From assembly GCA_950097015.1 (NCBI GenBank), contig CATNEN010000029.1, positions 3,410,001 through 3,474,000 of the forward strand: 64,000 bases of DNA. Direction: 5' to 3'. The stretch comes from Macrostomum hystrix (taxonomy: Eukaryota > Animalia > Platyhelminthes). Position 1 is the stretch's first letter; the number at the start of each line of letters is the position of its first letter. Below, piece after piece: positions 53,796 to 64,000 of this stretch. The translations under genes were made by a program, and so were the position numbers. A model generated the notes under the pieces. That model worked only from the letters and a program-made list of their open reading frames with translations. It was not told where the DNA came from and did no database searches.

Positions 53796-56700
53796 TCAAG
53801 CCTGATCAGCTTGCTCAGAAGTCTCCCTGCTCTCCGTCTCCTGCTGCTCACAATCGTCTCGGGTGAAGCTGAACTGCGAACCAGCGAGACAGTCGCCAGA
53901 CTCAGGCAGGGCGAGGTTCGGCGTCACATCGCCGGAGGCCTCTTCAACTGTAGCCAGGCTGCTCACGAAGCCGAGGCTGTCGGCGCTGCCAACGTGGCTG
54001 CCAGCGATTCCGGCGGGACCGACAGACTCGGTGTCGGCCGTCGCTGCAGAGGCAGTTTCTGTAGCACCGACTACGGAAACTGTCGGAGCAGCCGACGCTG
54101 ATGAAGTAGCTTCTGAAGATGAAGTCTGCATATCATTTCGCTGCTGCTGTTGCTGCTGCATTGTCTCTTGTGTCCATCCCGGTAAGTGCATTGTCAGCTG
54201 CACGTTAAGTAAGATTTAAAAAATTTTTGCTAATTTTTTTTTATCAGAATAGAGTTCATCCTAAGGAAATCGGTGAACTCACCTGCTGCACCGACTGCAG
54301 ATGGCTGTGCAGCTTCTGCTTGAGCTCCTCGAGCTCGCCTGGCGAGCAGCGGCTCAGGTCCCCCGTAGAGTGCTCGGCGATGCTGGAAATTTCACGCAGG
54401 CGGGCCCGGACGGCCTCCAGCTGCTCTTGGGCCTCGTCCCGCTCCCGCTGTGCACGCTGCATGGCCTCGCGCATTCGCCTGGCCTCCTCGCGGGCTCGGT
54501 CGATCTCCTGTTGGAACTGTAGCCGCTCCAGGTCCATACCCGGATTCGCGAACGGACTGTTCGACATCAGGATCGGGCTCTGAGCGTAGGAGGAGGACGC
54601 AGGCCGACGACCGGTCGCCGCCACTGTTCACCCGAGCGCGACTGATCACTGGGCCAGACTGAAACCAACGAGATGCGAGAAACAGATGTCCGTTGTCAAC
54701 AGCAACATCCCATTGTGACCCGGCCATGTCAAGTACAACATCCCATTGTGACCAATCCGTGATTAACTGCAACATCCTGAATGTGACCAGTCCGTATCAG
54801 CTGCGCCACTCACATCGAAAAGCGTTTGGAAGGGCAGCGAGCCAACTGGCGGTGGGCCCTCAGACGCCTGCAGTTGATTGGCTGCCACGTAGGTAAGCGG
54901 ATTGAAGCTCGGGCTGTGGCTCGCTGTGGCGGCTGTGGCACTCGCTGTAGCAGCGGCCGACAACGACGGCGAAGAGAATGTCTTTGCGCCGGGGATACCG
55001 ATTGGTCCGCTGCTGGTGACATAGCCGGCCAGCGGGCTGCTGAAGGAGTCGCTGCCCTGCGAAGAGCTTGTATGGCAAGGACCAACGCTGCCGAAGCCAC
55101 CGACACCGACTCCACTGCCGACAAAGCTGATGCTGTCGTGCTCAGACAGGTCGAGGTCGTCCAGCTCGGGCAGCATTGCGCTGCTGGGCGAAGCCTGCTG
55201 AAGCGACGCGCCTCTGAGCTGGCTGCCCGGCTCCAGGGGACCGACGGCGCGACCTGGAATAGGCAGGCGTTGAGAGTCCGTCATTGAATGGTGTCAAAGC
55301 AACAACAAAAACTAGAAATAATCAACTAGATGGATGCAAGAAGACTCCTGATTCTTGGAATCGTTGAAATCGGCTGTTTCTTAAACCCAATTCATCGATT
55401 ATGTGACAGCAGCAGTGTCTTTTTTTGCTTTTTGTGATGTCTATGGCAGGTTTTCCTAAACTATTCTAACCATTTTTTTTCATTGACGATGTAAGAGTTG
55501 CGTTTCTTAATACCGTGACTAAGGGAGCGTTTACGACTTGTCAAGCAAATATCATTGAAGTGCAAGCCGAACCTCTATTTCCGCCAGGGGCAACCGCCTG
55601 CTCCCACACGTTCGGGCTGATGAGTCGCCCCAGTGTCAGCGGAGCTGGCCCAGAAGCCGCACCTGCTGCCTGCTGTTGTAGCTGAAGATGATGCAGAAAC
55701 TGAGGAGAATGCTGCTGCTGCTGCTGGGCGGTGCTGAGCAGCATGAGGCCCAAGTCTTGCATGAAGTTTCGCCCGAAGTTCATTTCCGATTCTTCATGAG
55801 CGAACGCGCAGAACGGCCCCCTTGGACAGTAGTTCTGCTGCATGACATCATTGCACTTTGTCGACTTATAGATCTGCAACAAAATTAACCTTCATTTTTA
55901 ATGTGGATAAGAATTCTTCACTAGCAAAGCATCCTACTGAGAGTAGCAGTGGACAAAAAGCGAGCAAAAAAGTGAGCGATCATTTGGTCTTTGATTGAGG
56001 AAACCAACACGTATGCGCGGGTCTATTTGTAGAGCGCTAAGGCATCGACAAAAGTGCAACCGAACCCGTCAACAACCTCTTTCCCATCCTCCCTAATATT
56101 CCTTTTGCAAATAAATTTCATTCAGCTGGTGCTAGCTCATAAGCATGCAAGCGAATGATATTTTATGTTTTATTTTGCGGAGAAAATGAAATCATGATTC
56201 TGCACAAAATGTTTCGCTAAACATTGCGATTTGGAATCGCAAGGTCTCCAATTTCATCTGGTCAGATTTGAATCGTAGATCCCCAATCCAATCTGGTCAG
56301 GTGGGAATCGCAAATGCCCAATCTCATCTGGTCAGGTGGGAATCGCAAATGCCCAATCCAATCTGGTCAGGTGGGAATCGCAAATGCCCAATCCAATCTG
56401 GTCAGGTGGGAATCGCAAATGCCCAATCCAATCTGGTCAGGTGGGAATCGCAAATGCCCAATCCAATCTGGTCAGGTGGGAATCGCAAATGCCCAATCCA
56501 ATCTGGTCAGGTGGGAATCGCAAATGCCCAATCTCATCTGGTCAGGTGGGAATCGCAGATCCCCAATCCAATCTGGTCAGGTGGGAATCGCAAATGCCCA
56601 ATCTCATCTGGTCAGGTGGGAATCGCAGATCCCCAATCCAATCTGGTCAGGTGGGAATCGCAAATGCCCAATCTCATCTGGTCAGGTGGGAATCGCAAAT

Positions 56701-59699
56701 GCCCAATCCAATCTGGTCAGGTGGGAATCGCAAATGCCCAATCTCATCTGGTCAGGTGGGAATCGCAAATGCCCAATCCAATCTGGTCAGGTGGGAATCG
56801 CAAATGCCCAATCTCATCTGGTCAGGTGGGAATCGCAAATGCCCAATCCAATCTGGTCAGGTGGGAATCGCAAATGCCCAATCCAATCTGGTCAGGTGGG
56901 AATCGCAAATGCCCAATCTCATCTGGTCAGGTGGGAATCGCAGATCCCCAATCCCATCTGGTTGGGTGGGAGATTCCATCAGCCTCACCTCCGGGTGGAA
57001 CTGCTGCTCAGTGCGTGTGTGGCAGTACTGGCAGTCATCGCCTTGTTCGCAGATGCTGCTGTCCAGCCATTCGTCCGAGCTCTTTACCACCGGGCACGGG
57101 GTGGACCTGGTTGATATTTGCGGGGGTTGAAAACTAACTTGTAAATATCAAGCTTGTTGAGCTTGGAAACCAAACTAATTACTCGTATAATTCTTCAATG
57201 ACTTCGAAGCAATTATAATTCAATCAGTGAGGCATAACGTTATTTGATTGAAAACATGAAGACATTCAGAATAGACTTTAAAAGTACTTAAAGGCATCGA
57301 GTACAGACACAGGCGTAGCCAGGTACTATTTGGGTTAGCCGCGTCTAATGGTTTCCATAAAGGGGCGCCACCAATGGATTTGGGAGAGCGCCCACCATGG
57401 ATTTGGGAGAGCACCCACCATGGATTTGGGAGAGCACCCACCATGGATTTGGGAGAGCACCCACCATGGATTTGGGAGAGCACATTTGGATTTGGGAGAG
57501 CGCCCACCATGGATTTGGGACTGGAGAGCACGAAGTTGACTTCAAAAACTTTAAGAAAGTAGTAAGTAAAGTAAAGCATGTAAAGCAAGTAAACCAACTT
57601 CAGAAAGTAGTGATTACTATTGCGTCAGAATAATGGAAAAGTATAATTATAGTATGTGAATAATTCGCAACTTGCGTAGTGTGTGGGTGCACGGCGTAAT
57701 ATGAGAATATCAAAGTAATAAATTTTCATTTCATGCACTAATTGGCTTCACTCACATCATCCTAAAAAATTAAATAAATACAGGACAATTCTGCAATCAG
57801 AATCAGTTTTGCGCTTTGACATGCATCCCGCATCTGCCAGGTCCAAAGTACCATGGACTGTTAAAGCATTAACGGCTGAACGCGTATACGGGTGAGGTGG
57901 GTGTCGCTGCTACATGGATAGAAAAATGTGCAAAGCTGGATAGAAAAGTGCAGCTTGAAAGCAGAGACAGGGAGAGAGTATGGATAAGGCGAGCTTGTGT
58001 ATTCGGGTGCCGTTGGTCGAGCTGGCTGGATGGCCGGGGTCCCTAACTCTGCCCCAATGTCCACCGGCGAACATTACTTATTGATTTTTGTTTATTTCCA
58101 GTCCTTGCGTCTACTTCCCGCCTGCCCCAGCAGCCCACCCCAAACCCGGCGCGCCCAGTGTGCGGCTCATCGATCCAACAGGGCGCTAAGCTGAGCCGAA
58201 AATAGCACCAGGGGGGTTCATGCTAGGACTGGCACTGCAAGCGATGTGCGAAACGCGTTTGCATTCTGACAGAAGTAGGCCAGAATTCTGTCCTTTCATG
58301 CTTTCTCCATGCCCCAGCTCAATGATAGGAGGGCCACTAAGGAAAGAACTCGTGGAGTGAACTGGAAGGGGAGGGGTTGGCGTGGCATGCTCGGTGAGAA
58401 AATTAAGCCGAGCATGTACTCACGCAAATTGAGGGGGACATGTTTAGCCGATGTCCGCATGTGAGCGTGCCTTTTTTGACCAACTATTTTTATACGCTAC
58501 GATTTGTTGAATATAGTGCTGCGACAATTCACCTATACGATATTTCTGCCTTTACCTCCAGTGCAAAAACAGTATGAATCAGTGGAGACATTCGGGAACA
58601 TTATTCATTTCCATTATTATTGGGAACAAATAAGCGCATTATGCAAGAATGAGCGCACCTGTACTTGTGCACATGCGGTCCGCGCCGCTTGTCCTTGGCA
58701 TTGTGGTAGAATGGGCAGGCGTAGCCCTGACGGCACATTCTAGGCGGCTTGCGGCACTGCTCAGTCTTGTAGCTGGCCAACACGTAGCCCATGTCGTTCC
58801 ACTTGGGATCCTCGGACAGGACTCGCTCCTTCTCCAAGCTGGCCGGCAGGTTCACAGGACAGTCTGTGGCCTCCTGCACCTCCCGAATGTCGTAAACCGG
58901 TACGCGCAAGTCGTTGGCCCCATGAGCGAAGGCGCAGTGAGCGCCGTTGCGCGAGCAGTGGCCCCTGGCGTCGGTGTCGTGAATGCAGGTTCCAGTTTTA
59001 AAGTAACGCAGATGATAGCGGCGCTCGGTGTCTCCGGCATTGCGGTGCAGGTACGGACAGGCGTCTCCATTAGGACACTCACCGCGTGTCTCGTCATACT
59101 TGTCACAGTAAACATCTGGGGAGTAAGTAAAAGTGCCGTCGGCCTTGCGTAATGGACGACGTCTGCGCTGATTAGGAAAATGCCAATGGAAACAGGTAAA
59201 CGGTTTGTGCTGCGTGCACTTGTGATTGGCAAATAGCGGACATTGCTGGGTACGAAAGTCGCGAAGATAGCTACAATTAAATGGTTAAATTTTTTTGTTC
59301 GATTGACTTTGAAGCCAGTTTGTATGGTAGGAATAAGACTAACTTTCATTAAAAACAAAACAAACAAATAATTCAAAACCGAACATAAGTAAGTAATTTA
59401 AAACACTCATTTGTAGCATTTTGTAAAAATATTCTAGGTACCATTACTTTGGTCTCAGATTACTAAAACGAATGCATAATACTATAAAAATGTTATACTT
59501 ACTTCAGGTGCTGTGGCTTCACAAAAACAGACGGCATACCGATTCCCTGCACAGCTAGATCTAGCTCTTGAGGGAGACAAACACTTCCAGATAAGTTTTG
59601 CGGCGATGCTTGTGATGACATTACTGGAAAGCTTGTAGAGAGATTCGCGTTCAATAAACTTGTTGACGAGTTTTGTGCTATTGGAGACAGTGATGACAT
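53796..59699 (-). CDS. UNK: Unkempt-family CCCH zinc-finger RNA-binding protein
   Basis: Exons 59699-59503, 59270-58659, 57106-56989, 55873-55573, 55253-54814, 54579-54283, 54197-53796. Hallmarks: KPQHL.YL..FRTQQCPLF..HKCTQHKPFTCFHWHF.NQRRRR, YKTEQC.KPPR.CRQGYACPFYH, YCHTRTEQQFHPEIYKSTKCND, CPRGPFCAFAH, followed by a coiled coil. Confidence 0.94.
56250..56970. repeat. 35-bp minisatellite (GGTCAGGTGGGAATCGCAAATGCCCAATCCAATCT)n
   Basis: UNK intron 55874-56988; about 20 copies. Confidence 0.96.
57370..57520. repeat. 23-bp minisatellite (CCATGGATTTGGGAGAGCACCCA)n
   Basis: UNK intron 57107-58658. Confidence 0.88.
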
Positions 59700-62628
59700 A
59701 CTTGTGGCAATGATTTTAAATAAATCATTCGATGTTTTTGAAAATGATGTCCTAGTTTATATAAATATAGTAGTTTCTATGATAGTTGATCATCGACGCT
59801 GAGACTCGACGTCGTAATGCAAGCAGGAACAATCTGTCTCTACTTACAGTAAAAAATTGAAGTTTCTATTGTAAATAACTGTCAAATATTGGGTCTTACT
59901 GTCGCATTCAACTGAATGTACAACATTGATAGTTTTAAACGGCATGGTCAAATAATAGGGTATAGTTCGAGGTTACGTAGTTAGTAATTATTGCGAATTG
60001 TTTATTTTAATGCTTTATTTACGCCATTCCGTCGAAACTTAAAATGCTTGAACTGGTCTGCTGGCTGCTTCTACTAAATAGATATTTTAATTGAAAACAG
60101 AAACTGTATAAGTTAGTATTCGTATATTTGCTAAAATATAGTGTTTTTATTCTGTGATCAACTAGCTATTCGCCTACTGGTTACTATGGATAGGGTAATG
60201 TATCATCAACCGAACAGTGTATCTTCAAAACCGAACAAGAATTTTGACTTCTTCCTTGGTCTTGTGCAAGACAGAAACAAGCTATTGTGTTAGGGCCTAG
60301 TGTTTCACAGAACAACTAATTTGAAAGTTGAAGAAATTATCTACAAGCTGAGGCATGATGTGCAAGGAAACATTAAGAGGAAAGAAAGATATTTATGTTT
60401 CAGTAGAAATTTTTATTGCAAAAGCATACTTTTTAACACCATTTTTTCAGTATGTACTTTAGACAAAGATTGTATGTGGTTGCTTGCCAATTAAATGACC
60501 ATAAATGTAGTTATTTATAGAGCATGAAAAATGCTTTCAAATTACATAATTCGTGATAGTTCACTCCTTAAAATAAGATTAAACCACTCACTCCAATTTT
60601 AAAACCAAACATCAAATTCTCTGTTTGGTTAGAAGATACATGAAAATCGTTGTTCAGTTTTAGATAAAAAGCAGGAATAACTTTTTTTCTATTTGATAAA
60701 ATAGCAAAAGCAGATACTTTTTAGAAAGATGTAACTGTTTTCTATAACTTGGCTTTTGATTTATCATCATATCTTAAATAGAAAATCTGTAGCTTAGGTT
60801 TAAAGTTAAAAAAATACATATTCTTGTTTGGTTGATGATACATTACCCTAGTTTTTTAAACAATTTCCTGTGCCAATAATTCTGAAGTTGGAACATAATT
60901 ATCATTATCTACATAGCTACTATATAGCTAGTAATACTTTACATAATCTAGACTTTCAACATAGCTAGCAAGCCATGTCAATAATGTCATCCAGTGGTAT
61001 CCAAATCCAAAAAGCTGGTCAAGGGGTCATGACTGCCCTAGACGCCCAGAAAACAGATTTTTAGGGCTTATGCTAGGCCTACTGCACTGTGGTGGTGGGT
61101 ATAGCATGGGCCATGGCTTATGACCCCCTCACAAAAATTATATTATGTGGTTGAACTTATCCTATGTGATAGGTTTCTAGAATAATACTGATAGACCTAG
61201 GCCCTGGGCTACACTAGACCTAGTAGTTTAGTGTAGGCCTAATCCACAATGTGGATAAGACATGGGGCTATCTATCATCAGAATCTATATAGGCCTATCC
61301 TAGGCCTAATGGAAACAAAAAAGCTTATATATATAAGTTTTTGGGCATTTGACAAAGAAACAACAATATGGCCATGGGTAATAGTTAATTAAGATTTGAA
61401 GGAGATCATTTAAAAGTTACTATTGATTCAGGATCCATGAACAGAAATATGATAGGCCTAATAGAGGAGTTATAATTTTTTTCCAAGACAAAAAAATCTT
61501 AAATGGGAAGGTGAGATATATTCTAGAAAGGAAAAATAGTCCTAGTGAATCAATTTTCCATAAAATGTTTTCCTATAGACAGGCCCAGACAAGGCTATAT
61601 AGGCCAAGTCAATAGGCTCTTAACTTAAAAATGTAAACTTTTTTGGCTTTATAGGCAGTGCTTATCCCCACGGTACTGTAGAAATATTTTTTGTCTTATT
61701 CCTATGGTAGGCCCCTACCATGGGAATAATTTGGAATAATAATAATAGAATAAATAGTATTGGTCGCCTAATCCAAAACTAGCATCTTATGTATATTGAA
61801 GTGCACAAGACTACTTGATAAACCAAAATGTTATCTGCCAAAGTTTTCAACTGTTGCAAGTTTGGGAAATACAAAACTTTCTTTACAGTTTGGTTTAAGG
61901 GACCCACAATCTATGTTTTATATTGATGGCCTACTCAACCAAAGGATAGTTTTGCATAGTTTACCCTGAAGTGTTTGTAACTTTTCAAATTCAAGGCAAA
62001 AATGAAGTAAAAATATCATAATTTGAATTAAAACTAAATTTAGCTATCAATAAAATGAAGTTTAACATAGCATATTCTTATTAGCCAAACATTTTTAGCC
62101 CCCAAGTAATTTTTGTCTGATTATAGTTAAAAGCCATTTTCTTTTTGTAGCTTAACCTAATACCTTAAGGTACATGCTTTTATTCTCAAATAAAACTAAT
62201 TATAAAGCTAGTCTAATATTCATTGTAGGTAAGACTGCTATTTGTTTTGTAATATTGAATAGCATAGCTCAAACACTAGACCTCTAGAATACACAGTAGC
62301 CACTTTAAGCTTTGGTCTTCTCACCAAGACCAAGTCTGTCCTTAAGCAGGACACTAAATTCCCAGGTGATTCAGCTCTCCCAGCTATAAAAGAGGTACTA
62401 TTATTAGCTAGCTAGGATAGAATGCGATTGTGGCAGCCTTTTCAGTCCACATTCTTAACTTCTGTACAGAGCCATGTACTTTAGATACACCAGAAAATAG
62501 CTGTAGCTATAATGATAGGCTAACTGTACATATTGCCTTACTGGCACATGTGTAATGAACATGCATATTGGAAAATGGAAATCATTTTTTCTTTCAGTTT
62601 TTTATTAAACAAAATAATAAATATTGAC

Positions 62629-63022
62629 ATGGCTGAGAAAGGTGACACAGACGACTTGGCCCCGGAGGACACTGGCTTCAAGCCGCCGCCACCCAAGTCC
62701 TTGGACGAGATTCTAAATGCCGACAAGGACGATCCGGCCCTGGAAAACTATAAAAAGCAGCTACTAGGCAATGTGGTTGCTCCCGTGTTTCCCGACAATC
62801 CCAAGAATGTTATTGTGCAGAAGCTGCAGATCGAATTCCCGGACGAACGCCGGCCGCCAGCTGAAATCATACTGATGAACGCCGACCTGGCTACGCTGAA
62901 GAAGTCGCCAATTGTGATCAAGGAGGGCGTCACCTACCGCGTCAATGTGCACTTTTTTGTGCAGCGGGAGATTGTTGCCGGCCTGCGCTACATTCAGGCC
63001 ACTTACAAGCTCGGCATGCGGG
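62629..63022 (+). CDS. ARHGDI: Rho GDP-dissociation inhibitor, first coding exon (gene continues beyond the window)
   Basis: FKPPPPKSLDEILNADKDDPALENYKKQLLG...IVIKEGVTYRVNVHFFVQREIVAGLRYIQ is the RhoGDI signature; donor G|GTAAGG at 63022/63023. Confidence 0.93.
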
Positions 63023-63234
63023 GTAAGGCTTAGCTTGACTTTTAATGGATAAAAATATTCTCAGGGGCTGTTGCACTGCAGCATAATTTGGCAACATTCA
63101 ACCCGCAATCATCAAGGAGGCCATTCCACTGACCCCTAAGCACAAATAATGTCTATATATATGCTCCGACTTTCTCATAGTCAGGCATGCACTCTCATTG
63201 ACTAGCCTGATTGTGCAGAATTTTTTTTCTTTTT

Positions 63235-63565
63235 GCTGCTTGCCGAAGGCTGCTTGCCGAAGGCTGCTTGCCGAAGGCTGCTTGCCGAAGGCTGCTTGCC
63301 GAAGGCTGCTTGCCGAAGGCTGCTTGCCGAAGGCTGCTTGCCGAAGGCTGCTTGCCGAAGACTGCTTGCCGAAGGCTGCTTGCCGAAGGCTGCTTGCCGA
63401 AGGCTGCTTGCCGAAGGCTGCTTGCCGAAGGCTGCTTGCCGAAGGCTGCTTGCCGAAGGCTGCTTGCCGAAGGCTGCTTGCCGAAGGCTGCTTGCCGAAG
63501 GCTGCTTGCCGAAGGCTGCTTGCCGAAGGCTTCTTGCCGAAGGCTGCTTGCCGAAGGCTGCTTGG
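63235..63565. repeat. 14-bp minisatellite (GAAGGCTGCTTGCC)n
   Basis: About 23 copies; truncates the gypsy integrase relic. Confidence 0.96.
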
Positions 63566-64000
63566 CAGAGCGCAGGTCTCCATCCACTTGGAGAAGTAGT
63601 CGCAAATGCTCATAACCTAGCTGTTTCCTCATGGCGTTCTTGGCAGAGGGCCATTGATATTGATCTGGACCATTTCCTATGGCCGAGACGGTTGCGGCGT
63701 CGGCTGCAGAGGTGCGCGTTGCGGCCGGCTGCTGTTCTTTCGCCAAAGGCAAGCGGCGCAGCTGGTGACCGAGTTCTTAACATCAAGCTGCATGCCCGGC
63801 CACCAGCATCGCTCGGTCAACTTGTCCAGCGTTCGATCCGTGCCTAGGTAGCCGCTGCTGGCGGCAGCGCGTCAGCCAGGAATTGCGCGCGAAGGTGACC
63901 ACCGGCTTGCCCTGACGACTCTCTGTCGACAGCCTTCGGTCAAGTGCTTAAGACCATCATTGACCGCTGGGAAGACATTCTGCAGAAGGCTGTCGCGGAG
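63560..64000 (-). mobile_element. Degenerate Ty3/gypsy retrotransposon integrase fragment
   Basis: A minus frame reads GYLGTDRTLDKLTERCWWPGMQLDVKNSVTSCAAC...RAPLQP...P*EMVQINI.GPLPRTP*GNS*VMSICDYFSKWMETCALP (integrase zinc-finger region plus start of the catalytic core). It has three in-frame stops and a frameshift upstream. Confidence 0.85.

Noticed and set aside
54580-54660. Upstream UNK acceptors at 54659 and 54624
   Set aside because: They give the wrong frame or phase relative to the GAT|GTGAGT donor at 54814; the acceptor at 54580 keeps the coiled-coil frame.

Overview
This is eukaryotic (animal) genomic DNA with spliceosomal introns. GC-rich short exons, introns packed with minisatellites and acceptor sites just ahead of start codons suggest a free-living flatworm such as Macrostomum, but that is inference. 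Genes reconstructed by hand: an intronless two-LIM-domain protein (-); an orphan single-TM ORF (+); a 23-exon phospholipase C-beta (+, 11110-28263) with a GC-AG intron; an antisense PAN/apple + F-type lectin gene nested in a PLC-beta intron; methionine sulfoxide reductase A (+); a head-to-head pair of coiled-coil genes, one CCDC83-like; ornithine decarboxylase antizyme (-); an unkempt-type CCCH zinc-finger gene (-); and the first coding exon of a Rho-GDI (+) whose intron holds a decayed Ty3/gypsy integrase. The antizyme has a +1 frameshift at UUU-UGA followed by a readable two-stem pseudoknot. There are also two tRNA-derived SINE families (one copy with a 10-bp TSD), a MITE-like element, a candidate structured RNA island at about 5.3 kb, and about 28 unrelated tandem-repeat arrays. 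Most long ORFs in the supplied track are translation artefacts of those arrays. Coordinates were read by eye; no database search was run.
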